DNA of 63,239 bases, the filler included, from Octopus bimaculoides (taxonomy: Eukaryota): NCBI RefSeq assembly GCF_001194135.2. It is 5 parts of 5 records of this genome, joined end to end, with 100 filler letters (N's around TTAATTAATTAA, not from the genome) between each part and the next. Parts side by side here need not be neighbours in the genome. Positions count along the whole stretch, not along the records: positions 24,662 to 53,735 come from NC_068998.1; 4 more parts are not named here. One strand, given 5' to 3'. The notes beneath the pieces are model-generated. The model saw only the letters and a program-made list of their open reading frames with translations, made no database searches and was not told the origin of the DNA. The translations under genes were made by a program, and so were the position numbers. Of the stretch, positions 37,611 to 51,370 are shown piece after piece; position 1 is the stretch's first letter; each line of letters begins with the position of its first letter.

Positions 37611-38400
37611 TGGGCCTCCAGCCAGGCCATTCGCGATACCCTTAAAGCCAGGAACTGTTAGGCAAACGCTCGTATATTGTTGATTTGCATTGCTGAATTC
37701 CTCTTCTCTTGGTATGATATATAGTGTGATTAATTCCACTAAGCTCAGTAACCGTATATGCAGGTCAACAAATGAGTCGTACTCTCTCTCTTCCTCTCTC
37801 TATCTCTCTCTCTTACTGACTCTCTCTCTCTTTTTATCTTTCCTTATCTGTATGAGTGTACTTATGTATGTGTGTTTGTATGTGTGCGCGCCTGTGTGTG
37901 TCTGTGTATTTCGTAGTTTCTCACGTGTGGTCGAGTGTATAAATATTGTTCAGCATGCGTGCGCTCACCGTGGCTAACATATGGTGAACAGACATTGCAG
38001 TAAAGAGTTTCACAAACTGGCAGCGAGAAACGATAAGCAACATACAGCAAGTGGGGACGACGATGTGATGACAAGTATATTGAACAGCTGCATACAAGAC
38101 TACTGTTTCTCTATTGATGTATCTTTTAGAGAAACCACATTGTAATTGTTGTTGTTTTGCCCTAACACAATCTTTGCAGCCGTGAATCGCAACATTATCC
38201 AATCTTTTATCTTTACTTTTACATTTTTTTTTCAGTCATTAGACTGCGGCCATGATGGGGCACTGCCTTATTGTTTTAAAGCGTGGTACTTATTCTATCG
38301 GTGAATTCTTTTATAAGAACTTATCAAGTAGCTAGCGTGAAAAAAAAACCCCTCATAAGGGAAAAATCCATCATTTATTCCCCAAATATATATTTATTTA

Positions 38401-38870
38401 TATAAGGGCATTACTATACATGAATGCCTCACGCTAAGAGGGACTCTAAAGTCAAACTACTATAATAAACACATTTTTACCGAACGCGAGGAAATGTAAC
38501 TCTCAAAGCTAGCCCCTTAAAAACAGACTAAACTATAGATCATGATTTCGTAGTTATTGCAGTATTATGCAACTTCTACTCGTCAGTATAGTACGGTCAA
38601 GACACATAGAAATAAACAAAAAATCAACATACCAAACGAACACCTCATGTATCCAGCATAGTACATAGAAGATTGGTTATCCCTATATATCTATGTAAGT
38701 GGCAGAATTTTTCGAATTGCATCTCGGTACATGTGTTTTATTCAGAATAAATTCAGCACTGAATATATTCTGGTTATTTATTTAATTAAATCAATAATGT
38801 GCTTATTATAGTAGTTTGACCTTAAAGTCCCTCTTAGCGTGAGGCATTCATGTATAGTAATGCCCTTATA
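38401..38870. mobile_element. 470-bp MITE with ~75-bp TIRs inserted in TA-rich sequence
   Basis: 38401-38475 is the reverse complement of 38796-38870 with about 3 mismatches; a solo related end lies at ~15193-15245. Confidence 0.85.
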
Positions 38871-39491
38871 TATATATATATNNNNNNNNNNNNNNNNNNN
38901 NNNNNNNNNNNNNNNNNNNNNNNNNNNNNNNNNNNNNNNNNNNNNNNNNNNNNNNNNNNNNNNNNNNNNNNNNNNNNNNNNNNNNNNNNNNNNNNNNNNN
39001 NNNNNNNNNNNNNNNNNNNNNNNNNNNNNNNNNNNNNNNNNNNNNNNNNNNNNNNNNNNNNNNNNNNNNNNNNNNNNNNNNNNNNNNNNNNNNNNNNNNN
39101 NNNNNNNNNNNNNNNNNNNNNNNNNNNNNNNNNNNNNNNNNNNNNNNNNNNNNNNNNNNNNNNNNNNNNNNNNNNNNNNNNNNNNNNNNNNNNNNNNNNN
39201 NNNNNNNNNNNNNNNNNNNNNNNNNNNNNNNNNNNNNNNNNNNNNNNNNNNNNNNNNNNNNNNNNNNNNNNNNNNNNNNNNNNNNNNNNNNNNNNNNNNN
39301 NNNNNNNNNNNNNNNNNNNNNNNNNNNNNNNNNNNNNNNNNNNNNNNNNNNNNNNNNNNNNNNNNNNNNNNNNNNNNNNNNNNNNNNNNNNNNNNNNNNN
39401 NNNNNNNNNNNNNNNNNNNNNNNNNNNNNNNNNNNNNNNNNNNNNNNNNNNNNNNNNNNNNNNNNNNNNNNNNNNNNNNNNNNNNNNNNNN

Positions 39492-39530
<39 letters not shown>

Positions 39531-39805
39531 GGAGAGAAAGATAGACAGACACAGAATCAGAGAGACGAAAAGGGAGAACTAATATAAAACACCACGCCTA
39601 AAATTTTCATCCCTTTCTTCCGCCTCACAAACTGTGCACCAACGCAGCTCTTCCTCTTTCTGTTTGTGACCTTTGACTTTTCTTTTCCTTCTTCCTCTTC
39701 ACCAGACATCTTTACCACATTACAACACCTGCGATAGAACTCGATGACATTGCACAGACAGATAAGACACATCACTTAATGTGCTTAGTCGTTGACGTCT
39801 TCTTT

Positions 39806-39917
<112 letters not shown>

Positions 39918-40167
39918 ATGCAAATGTAAATGCATGCATCTACATATATATATACATATGTGTATGTTTATATGTTAATGCTTATGTATCTGCCTTTCTT
40001 TATGAGACTGCAGTGCGTGTGTGTGGGAGCATGTAGGTATGTGTGTTTGTATGAATGTGCATTTTTCGTTCATTATTTTAGAGGTCACACTCAATTTATT
40101 CACGGGCAATATAAACGCGCATCTATCTATCTATCTGTCTGTCTGTCTGTCTATCTATCTATTGCTT

Positions 40168-40512
40168 TCTTTTACTTTTTTTTTACTTGTTTCAGCCATT
40201 TGACTGCGGCCAAGCTGGAGCACCACATCTAGTCGAGCAAATCGACCCCAGAACTTATTCTTTGTAAGCCTAGTACTTATTCTATCGGTCTCTTATGCCG
40301 ACCGCTAGGTTACGGGGACGTAAACACACCAGCATTGGTTGTCAGGCGATGTTGGGGGACAAACACACAAGCACAGAAACACACACACACACACACATAT
40401 ATGTACGACGGGCTTCATTCAGTTTCCGTTTACCAAATATACTCACAGGGCTTTGGTCGGCCCGAGGCTATAGGTAGAAGACAGTTGCCCAAGGTGCCAC
40501 GCAGTGGGACTG
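40168..40512 (-). mobile_element. SINE family A (head cut by gap)
   Basis: Reverse-complement match to 3667-4073. Confidence 0.88.
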
Positions 40513-41334
40513 NNNNNNNNNNNNNNNNNNNNNNNNNNNNNNNNNNNNNNNNNNNNNNNNNNNNNNNNNNNNNNNNNNNNNNNNNNNNNNNNNNNNNNNN
40601 NNNNNNNNNNNNNNNNNNNNNNNNNNNNNNNNNNNNNNNNNNNNNNNNNNNNNNNNNNNNNNNNNNNATATATATATATATATATATATATATAAATTAT
40701 ATATATATAATACATTCATACACACACACACATATATACATACAGAGAGAAAGAGTGAGAGAAGTAGAGAGAGAGAGAGAGAGAGGACGTACATGAAGGT
40801 ATGTGTGGGCATGTATGGACACACCCGCATACACTCACACACACACATACACATGTCTGTGTATCTTCTTCCGCTCTACATAATTCCCCTTTCTGCCACC
40901 TACAGTGAGCCATCTGGTAGACAGGCACCACTAGCCTTCCTGTGCTCTTCCAGTTTATCGCCAGATAAACTTCCAGATAAGCTAGACAGAATGACTGAAA
41001 TATATATACACACACACATACATATAAATATATACATATACATGCATACACACACATGCACACATACACACACACACACATATATATGTATAATACATAC
41101 ATATATATATATATATACACACATACATACATACATACATACATACACACACATACATACATACATACATATATATATATATATATGGGTACAGGACGTC
41201 ACCAACGGTGCAAATAACAGAAAATACGTGAACAACGAGGAAAAAACCCCCGGAAAACAGGACAAGTTAACACAGAAAAGGGGCTCTTCATCAGTTGTCG
41301 GCTGTCTATCTACTCCTCCTTTCGAGCATTCAAC

Positions 41335-41419
<85 letters not shown>

Positions 41420-41752
41420 ATTTATATGTGCGTGTATCTGTCTATCGATCCCTCTCTATGTGTGTGTGTGTGTGTGTATGTTTGTATGTACAGGTAAGTT
41501 GTGTGGGTGTGTTTGAGTAAATATACGTATGTGCATAGATACGTATATATATATGTATATATACATATATATATATACACACACAGACACAGACACACAC
41601 ATATGTAAATCAGAAATGGAAAAACAAAACAATAAATTGAACAATTATAAATTTAATTGAATCTTAATATTTTATACAAATGACACATCTAAATTACAGC
41701 TGTTTCCGCTTCATTAATAAAACGAAGTTTTTCAAGAATAATCAAATCCGTT

Positions 41753-42180
41753 TAAATATGCAATGGTGCTTCATCAGATTAACATACCTTCTTAACAAAA
41801 AATATAAAATGAAGATATTTATGATTTCTAAATCTTTATAAAGACGCTATATGAACGAGCTTAATCATAAATAAGTAAATAATCTAACTGAAATTTTGTA
41901 AATTCATAATTTTAATTCTATAACTATTCCGTTCTATAACCGGTTTATGTATGCACATATTTATACATACTTATATATACACACACACACATACGGAATA
42001 GTTATAGATTTAAAGTTGTGAATTTACAAAATTTCAGTTAGATTATTTACTTATTAATGATTAAGCTCGTTCATATAGCGTCTTTGTAAAGATTTAGAAA
42101 TGATACATATTTTCATTTTATATTCTTCATCAAATAGTTAAGAAGGTATGTTAATCTGATGAAGCATCATTACATACTTA
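41753..42180. repeat. Foldback element: ~180-bp inverted arms around a ~60-bp spacer
   Basis: 41753-41932 pairs with 41993-42180 (e.g. tgcttcatcagattaacataccttcttaac / gttaagaaggtatgttaatctgatgaagca). Confidence 0.88.
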
Positions 42181-42226
42181 AAGGGATTTGATTATTCTTG
42201 ACAAACACAAACATACACACATACGC

Positions 42227-42271
<45 letters not shown>

Positions 42272-42620
42272 GTATTTTTGTATATGTGTGTATGTGTGTG
42301 TGCCTTTGTGCATGAGTGTGTAACTATATGTTATAAGGGTACATATGTATATATTTGTATTGTGCATGAATAAAGTCTCTCTGTCTTGCTTTCTCTCTGT
42401 CTTGCTTTCTCTCTGTTTCCTCCTCACCTCCTCCCTCTCTCTCTCTCTTACTGCTACTCTCTCACCCTCCCACTGTCCCTTCCTCACTCTCCGCCTTCCC
42501 CTTCGTTGTTTCTAACTTGATCGCGCAATCCTTCTTAAACAACATTTGAGAATGATCCCACTCGTTCGAGAGTGGTGCCACCTCATCTTCCAAATTAATC
42601 TGGAAGGTTAAATACTTAAA

Positions 42621-42652
<32 letters not shown>

Positions 42653-42877
42653 GAGGAATTTGGTGATGATGATAGGGGAAAGGTGTTTTTTTTCTTCTTT
42701 CTCTCTTTTTCTCTCACTATATCCACCCTGTTACCATCAAACAACTCATTTCCCCATCCGCACATTCAACATCAAAACTCCGATATTTGATGCAGTTTAT
42801 TAAATGTACATCACTCTGCGGATTATTTCTCCTCACCACTTCACTCCACCACCACCACCACCAATACCACCACCACC

Positions 42878-42909
<32 letters not shown>

Positions 42910-43241
42910 CAACAACGACATCACCACCACCGCAACTATTTCTCATTTTGCCTAATGTCTCCCACCGCCACCAGCATCACCACCACACCCTTTAGTACTT
43001 CCGCTCTCGTAATTAACTTTACTATGTACATGACGGATTCATTACCGCCGTATTAATCACGTGTTCACTTCTCTCGTGGAACACGTGTTTACTAACCCTT
43101 CTCCCTAATCATTCCCTTTAGCTAATTTTTATTTTTGGTATTTCTCCACCGATACCAACACCGACTGTTAGGTAGCAATCACATCAACAGCACACAACCC
43201 CCACCAACAACGCTTTTAAGACCTACATCCATCAACATTAC

Positions 43242-43273
<32 letters not shown>

Positions 43274-44097
43274 TCAACAAGAACAACCACCAACAACATC
43301 AACAGCAACAATATCAACATTACCAACAACACAAGTACCATCAATACTAGAATAAGTTCTGGAGTCGATTTGTTCGACTAAAATCCCTTTAAGGTGGTGC
43401 CCCAGCATAGCCGCAGTCAAATGACTGAAACAAGTAAAAGAATAAAAGAATAAAAGAATAATAGATTAGTCATACTTTTACAATGCACAAAACATTTTAA
43501 CAATTTTTTGAAATACAATTCGTAATATATTTAATTATGAAAATGTCAGAGAATTTTTTGAAGATCGGAGGCTAGGAGGGTCCATGCGAGTAAATTAGGA
43601 ATAGAAGGGGTTCATAGGTTACAAGAAAAATGGTTGAGAAGCGCTGGTATAAACCTACACACACACGCGCGCATACACATACACATACACATACATAAAA
43701 AAATGCACCACATTTTGGCTAATGCCATCACAACCACAACCATCGCTAGCATCAGCCCCCCCCTCCTAAACAGCCATTAACGCCACCACCACCACCACCA
43801 ACTGTCTCCCACCCAAACTGTTACCATTCACAACTAATTTGAGCCACTTAGTTACTGATTTCAAAAATTAGNNNNNNNNNNNNNNNNNNNNNNNNNNNNN
43901 NNNNNNNNNNNNNNNNNNNNNNNNNNNNNNNNNNNNNNNNNNNNNNNNNNNNNNNNNNNNNNNNNNNNNNNNNNNNNNNNNNNNNNNNNNNNNNNNNNNN
44001 NNNNNNNNNNNNNNNNNNNNNNNNNNNNNNNNNNNNNNNNNNNNNNNNNNNNNNNNNNNNNNNNNNNNNNNNNNNNNNNNNNNNNNNNNNNNNNNNN

Positions 44098-44138
<41 letters not shown>

Positions 44139-45519
44139 ATAAGGGCTTCGCAATTAAGGGGTGATTTGCAATTAAGCGAAAAGAAAGGTATAAGAATTAG
44201 TGTTGTGTAGGGTGGAATAACATTAATCATTCAAAGCTGGGGCTGCATGAGTCGCTCTTTACTCCGCCTCTGCACGTCTGTGAAACTTTTAACACTTTTA
44301 GTAAAGGAGATTCGAGTTGAAAAAACAATTAATAAAAATATTTAACCGCTGCGTGTGTTGAGTGTGCATTTCTTTCGTTTGTACATGCACTCGGGCACGC
44401 ACACACACAGACACTCCGTAACAAACTGGGAGACAAGTCACTGAAAAGGTTGCGATTGGCAACGAAAGGACTTTGACGAACAGAAAAGGAAAAAACAATT
44501 GACTGTTGAATCAAGTTAAACAATCAATTGGATATCTAACCAATTGACTGTTATTAAAGAAGTGGAATTGAAACAGTGCGTATGTTTATTAATATTGGCT
44601 TAATGACTCTACCTAGACACAACAAAATTTGCTTCAACACACGAATTCACATAAAGAATCTTGTAAACCAAATAAAAAAATGAAGTGTGTGTGTGTGTGC
44701 GTGTGTGTGTGTACACACATACTTCACTGGAATATATATGTATATATACATTTTATGTAGTCGTTGGTTATGGCCGATCAGAAAGTTACCATTGGTTTCA
44801 CGTTTATTACTCTCAGCAGTACAGGCTACTGACCAGGCCTGATGGGCGGTGGCACACAACTTGTCTACAACTGAACGATGATATATATGCAGTAATCCCT
44901 CATCTATCGCGAGTGTTACGATAGGTAAAAATCCGCGAAATAGAAACAGTACAGTACTGTATATTTTTAAAAATTATTTTTATAATTTGTATACATTTAT
45001 TTTATTATAAATGCAAAACAACGCCACGGAAGAATCGACGTAAGCTTAAATAATAAACTANNNNNNNNNNNNNNNNNNNNNNNNNNNNNNNNNNNNNNNN
45101 NNNNNNNNNNNNNNNNNNNNNNNNNNNNNNNNNNNNNNNNNNNNNNNNNNNNNNNNNNNNNNNNNNNNNNNNNNNNNNNNNNNNNNNNNNNNNNNNNNNN
45201 NNNNNNNNNNNNNNNNNNNNNNNNNNNNNNNNNNNNNNNNNNNNNNNNNNNNNNNNNNNNNNNNNNNNNNNNNNNNNNNNNNNNNNNNNNNNNNNNNNNN
45301 NNNNNNNNNNNNNNNNNNNNNNNNNNNNNNNNNNNNNNNNNNNNNNNNNNNNNNNNNNNNGACTGTAATCTCTCAAGAGTGCAGGGTTACATAATCGGGC
45401 TGTTATCTAACAACCCGCTGTCCCCTAGTGGGAAACTAATTGGCAAAATCGGCCGTAATGGATATATAATATTGGACACTTCGATTAAAACACCCACTCT
45501 ATTAATAAATATACGAGTG

Positions 45520-45843
45520 CCCACCCCTACCATTGCAATCTCATTGCAATCTTATGTGTGGATCGCGGTTGAGAAAGACACCGACTGCTTTGCCTGCAAT
45601 GGTGACCAAGGAGGTGTTCGAAGATCTTCCTAGGGACACAGTGAGGAATGCATGCGCCAGGTTCTGGAACCGTCACGAAACCGTGGTAGAAGCTGGGGGC
45701 GGCTACTTAGAGCAAACTGTTATCTCCAAGCCGTAATCTAAATGATATTTTTTGATTTTCTTAAAATACTTATATTTTTAGGTGGTATATCATGTATTAC
45801 TTTCCGTTTCTGCAAACTATCAAATTTAGCCCGAACACCCTGC
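45520..45843 (+). mobile_element. Tc1/mariner-superfamily (maT/DD37D-like) 3' end
   Basis: YVWIAVEKDT, then KEVFEDLPRDTVRNACARFWNRHETVVEAGGGYLE; ends in ...gcccgaacaccctg (reverse CAGGGTG TIR). Confidence 0.75.
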
Positions 45844-47799
45844 TCGGAGCGAGATTAAATTATTAACCTTTTTATCAAACATGGTGTCATAATGTTCATA
45901 ACCTACACAGATACAGCGATTAGAAAAAAAAAAGCTTTAAAAAAATGTTGCACCTGCAAAATTCTTGATTAAAAAACCAAACATTTCGATAATCCCAATA
46001 GTAATCAATTCTTGTTATAATTTAATTACTGTAAACTTGTGATTAAAAAAACATCTGAAATAATGTTTTGTTTCAGTTTGTATTCCATTATTCCCGTTTC
46101 TAACCTTCCACATTAATCTTCCTTTTTTTTTTTATATAATTTAATTTTTTTTTAATTAAAACTGTGTGCAAACATCTTTTACATTAAAGCTTGCTTGGTT
46201 CTAAATACTTTTTTATATATGATTTTAATACAATGATGACGACGACGACGATGATGATGATGATATCTCTATAAAAATCGGTAAAATGTTGGCTGATTAA
46301 TTGGTTGGTTCAATGCTCTAGTGACATTGTATAGAGAAAAAGAGAGAAATAGACAGAGGAATATTGAAATTAACAAGCTGTAGTATGGGAGATGGTAAAA
46401 AATGATGAAAGCAACGTAGCCAATCGACGCCAAATATATGACACATGTTTACACACAGTGGTGGACTGGCCATGTTGCCATGTTGCCCGATGGCAAGTGG
46501 GCCCCTGCGCCATTAGAATCCATATGGAGGCCCATGTTAGTATCTAAGGGGTCCATCCCCTCAAGTTTGAGAATTTTTATTCACTCCTGGAAGAATGCAT
46601 TATTTGAGCCTGGCTGTGTTTGTAGACAGTTGAAAAGAATACTTTTAACAAAAAAAAAAAAGAAAATTAAATGATAGCATTGTAGTTGCGGGTGGGCCCC
46701 CTTGTAGTTTCAAGCGAGCCCCCTTAGTCTCCTGGAAACCAATATTTTTAGAGACAGTCCGCCACTGCTTACACACATATACACTCTCACACATACATAC
46801 ACACAGATTGCTATTTGAATAGAAGGATAAACTTGACAAACAGTTGTCAGAAGGTAATCAAGCAGTAGGTTTACACAACCATACATATGCGTGTGTGTGC
46901 ATATGTGTGTATGTGTATGAATGCATACATGTGCGTATGTTTGTACACATGCATCTATTTACGTATATTTGTTTGTATGTATGTAAGTGTATTCGTGTAT
47001 ATTGCACGAATACGTGTTATTGTTGACCGATGATCAAAAGCGTTCCGGCCGACTTCATTATTTTGTTTCTTTGATTTTTGGTTAAGACTATGGGATTTCA
47101 TTTTATTTACAATCCTAGCAGGCCTAGAGGTTCCCGTGGGGCTCTATGTTTAGCCTCGTAGTGCATGTATACATTGCCCCAAATATATGGGGAGTTTTCT
47201 CAGAACAGGGTGTATTTATGCCTTGTGAAAAATCAACAACTGTTTTCGAGCCAAAATATTTGTCTGACGTTCCAAGACGAAAACCAGGCTTTTTGTATTG
47301 ACTATGTTAAGAATGTGTGGTCGTCGTCAGATGGCATTACAAATTGTTGTATAAGAACACTTGATATTAGACATATGTTACCAACTATTGGTTTGGTTCA
47401 TAAACTGACATCGTATCTGAACAAAAATCATTGTTTATTTTAAGTGATGTAACCATTTCGGGTTTTGGGAATATGATATTTCCTGTGACAGAAGAATGTA
47501 AGTGTAGCATATTGATATCTTACTCTTACGTCCATGTTTTTAACTCGCTCAAGCGAGTATGGCTATGCTGGGGCACTGCACCCGTTTAAATATGAGCGTT
47601 CGATTCATGAAAAGTGACGAAACTGAACACGAGATACTTACTTTTGACCACAGATCGTTCATTAATGGATCGGAGTTGAACGGCAATTCTCATGTGTGAG
47701 ACGAATCCTTCTGAAACCAAAGTCTATTATGAAGACTACTCTTAACAACTAAATATTAATATCAGTGTTAACTTGGCATTTAGCTTCTTTAATTGATAT

Positions 47800-47915
47800 A
47801 CTCTTTTTACTCTTTTACTTGTTTCAGTCATTTGACTGCGGTCAAGCTGGAGCACCGCCTTAAAGGGTTTTAGTGGAAGAAATTCACCCCAAGACTTATT
47901 CTTTGTATTTACGAT
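47800..47915 (-). mobile_element. SINE family A 3' fragment
   Basis: tcttttacttgtttcagtcatttgactgcgg...ggagcaccgcct. Confidence 0.8.
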
Positions 47916-48029
47916 TATTTATTTTACTATCATAGCATGTATGTGTGATGTACTTGGTGTTACAGTTGTCATATGATAAATTGTAAAGAAACTTACCAGA
48001 TTAGATACCATATAGATATCATATGTTTT

Positions 48030-48069
<40 letters not shown>

Positions 48070-48534
48070 TTTGGTTTTGTATCTATAGGCTTATGCCTTC
48101 TGTATTTTGCATACTAACGTTTTTCTCTTATTTTGAGTTTAATGTGTTCTTTTCACACTATTTGATTCTTGTCTGAAGTCGTATGTTATCTGTTACTAGA
48201 GTTCGTTGAAAACCGTATTAATACTCATAGAATTTTCTGTTCCATTCAAGTATATAATTATTACCATGAATAAAATACGTATTTCAACTATTCTTATAGC
48301 CAATACTTGATATTTGCATTTCGAATATAAAATCTGTAGTGGTTGGTGTCGAATAACGCTGAGCAGTCGATTATATTTACATTTCGCTATTACCGTTACT
48401 TATTCGCTCAGCCATAATCACTATTATAATAAAAAAACAAAAATCCACACACACACAGAGTAGTAGACTGTCAGCAAGATGTAAATTATATATGAATGCT
48501 AATGGTATATTGTTGTCTTTTCTTTTTTCTTCAG

Positions 48535-48686
48535 AAAATGGAGACGAAGAGAAGTTACGGAATGCAGAAGAAAGAATCTTTCGCCACATTTTAAAGGAAA
48601 ACCCAGAATTTGCAACATATTATTCCTTCCATGATTATAACGACAAACTGGAGTCCTTTTCGCTAGAGGCTTTTCAACGTCGAAAG
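48535..48686 (+). CDS. Internal exon of a DUF885-like (predicted secreted or lipoprotein family) gene
   Basis: Long pyrimidine tract plus cAG acceptor, AAG|GTAAAG donor, phase 1 to 0; NGDEEKLRNAEERIFRHILKENPEFATYYSFHDYNDKLESFSLEAFQRRK resembles, from memory, the DUF885 N-terminal PE.AT..G.H.YDD.L.D.S motif. Confidence is higher for the exon than for the family. Confidence 0.75.
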
Positions 48687-48854
48687 GTAAAGTGTTTATA
48701 TATGTTTATATATATACTGTATATAGGTTAGTTGAGTTAGATGTTAAAGTAACCGTCTAAGGGATAGAAGTATCCATTACATTACCAGTATATCACCTAT
48801 ATTTAACCATGGGCATACATATACAAGCATATTATGTTCATAGGTAAAGACAAG

Positions 48855-48895
<41 letters not shown>

Positions 48896-49054
48896 NNNNN
48901 NNNNNNNNNNNNNNNNNNNNNNNNNNNNNNNNNNNNNNNNNNNNNNNNNNNNNNNNNNNNNNNNNNNNNNNNNNNNNNNNNNNNNNNNNNNNNNNNNNNN
49001 NNNNNNNNNNNNNNNNNNNNNNNNNNNNNNNNNNNNNNNNNNNNNNNNNNNNNN

Positions 49055-49094
<40 letters not shown>

Positions 49095-49234
49095 GTATAT
49101 ATATACATACACACACATATATATATATATATTTATATACACACAAACACACATATATAGACAGACAGACAGACAGACAGACAGAGAGCTCAACCAGAAA
49201 AATTACTTCTTGGTGCTACATACACATAATCAAA

Positions 49235-49412
49235 ATATCAAGGTCTGAAATCTTTTGGAGAAGGGACTTGATTATATTGACCCCAGTGTTCGACTGGTAC
49301 TTATTTAATCGACATCCTGAAAGGATAAAAGGCGAAATCGACCTCAGTGGAATTTGAACTCCGCTAAGCATCTTTTCTAGCGTGCTAACGATTCCACCAA
49401 CTCACCGCCTTA
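49235..49412 (-). mobile_element. SINE family C
   Basis: Family motifs ttgaccccagtg...gaaaggataaaaggc...accgcctt. Confidence 0.8.
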
Positions 49413-51014
49413 TCTTCTCTTAATGTAATATGTGATAGACTAGGCAAGAGCGCACTACATGAAAATGGTGCAATTGCTAAATTGAAGAACCCTTGATTGC
49501 AGCTAAACAATATCGACATTTTCCGTTATCGGTCGAATGTATTTATGTAATTAAAAGACCGAAATACAGCTTTACAAAGGCTTCGCTATTTGTTTTGCTA
49601 CCGGTTCACTACTTACTTTTCAAACCGATGCGTCTTCATTATCAATACGCTTTGTCGTAATGCCAAATACGCAACCAATTTGCTTCTATTCACATAGATT
49701 GAATGGGATTGAAAAAAAACGGAGTTAGAACTCCTTGGAATAATTAAATCTGTTGAAATGCGTCTCACTTACACACATGCATAAACACACTCACATACGG
49801 GTATACATATATTATGCATGGATGTATGTAGGTATGCTTATATGCATACACACATACACATACACTCATATGCATGCAACGTGATGACAAAAGACGTTTA
49901 GGAGTTGACCACACGCTTACAATAAACAGATACACTCAGATGCATTCCCATTTCATTCGCTTGTGCAAGTTTAGATCAAATTGTATTAATTTCCATCAAG
50001 TAGAAATTGTAAACACTTTGTAATAAGTAGACAAAATTAGAAATTAAACACGTAAACTCTATGCATCTTTTTCCTCGTAATTCCTTAATTTCAAATTCAA
50101 ATGTTTAATCCCGCCTCATAATTATGAAGAAATGATTATCTCCCTTGTAATAGCTGCCATCACTAGGGAAACCGCGTTTATTAATTTCAACTTGAATGAA
50201 TTTTCGGCCTTCAAAACAGTGAGTCTGAAGAGCAACTTATGGGTGTTTTCTACAAGTGAAATCCTTAAACTTCATTCACTAAATATTCGAGGTGTAAAAG
50301 CTTTACAAAATAAGCTTTTAAGTTCCAGATCAACATATTCAGCAGACATAGTTAAAGGCAGGAAGACAACTAAAACTTCTGTTACTAGGTTGCAATTATC
50401 AATTTAATGTTAGCATCGCCATGCTGAGCATGCTTGCTTCCAACAACAAACTGTGCCTTTTGAAATTAGTTGGTGTATAATTTAATCTCGTGCTTTTTCG
50501 CGATGTCTTTGCTGAGTTCCTATTTACATTGCCTCCACCCAAATTTTTGTTGAGATGGCTACCGATATGATACAGTTGTTTTTATTGCTGTTTGGTATAC
50601 TTTCGTAAAATGTCCTCTCATCTTACAATTAAAGCATAGTTATCAACAGCGGAATGTTATTTCGGTTTTGTAAGGGAGGTTTTTGATCGACATCTAAAAT
50701 ACAAGTGTTGCTCAATTTGAACTTAATTTCTCCACACCAGCAGCATAAGGATTGTGGTCTATCGTAGTAACGATATCTATAACACTACCAGTGGATTCGT
50801 TCATCAAGACCCTAGAGATTGTATCCTGCAACATTAAGACAAGACAAAGTTTTGAAAAACTAACTTTCGATCGCTTTCATTTTTTATCTGTAGTAAAAAA
50901 GTAATTTCAAATACCCTTTTCTGCAAATGATACAGGAAATTTACGGCATTTATGTTATTTATCTAAGAGAGCTGACAAAGTCATTAAAAAGTTGTTAATA
51001 TCGTACAATGAATT

Positions 51015-51200
51015 AAGGCGGTGAGCTGGCAGAACCGTTAGCACGCCGGGCAAAAAGCTTAGTGGCATTTCGTCTGTCTTTACAGTCTGAGTTCAAATTC
51101 CGCCGATAAAATAAGAAGCAGTTGAGCATTGGGGGTCGATCTAATCGACTCTCCACCCCCACTCACAAAATTGCTGGCCTTGTACCAAAATTTAAAACGA
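51015..51200 (+). mobile_element. SINE family C (internally deleted)
   Basis: aaggcggtgagctggcagaa head. Confidence 0.85.
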
Positions 51201-51239
51201 ATGATATTGGATTCTGACTTCGATTTCGACGTACGAGCG

Positions 51240-51370
51240 TCCATTCGTTCGATCAAACGAACAAGTTGTTCAGTGAAAAAGCGTCCGAAGTGGCTGAGTA
51301 TTTTACAAACACGTGCATCCTTTACGTAGTCTCAGGCAGAATCAGTGTGATAAGGCTGGACCTCTGAAAG
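51240..51370 (-). mobile_element. Decayed SINE family B fragment
   Basis: gatcaaacgaacaag...aagtggctgagta...acacgtg parallels 53520-53660. Confidence 0.6.

Noticed and set aside
44760-44930. CpG-rich segment ending in TAG|GTAAAA as the DUF885 first coding exon
   Set aside because: All frames are closed before the donor; it could be a UTR exon but cannot be supported.
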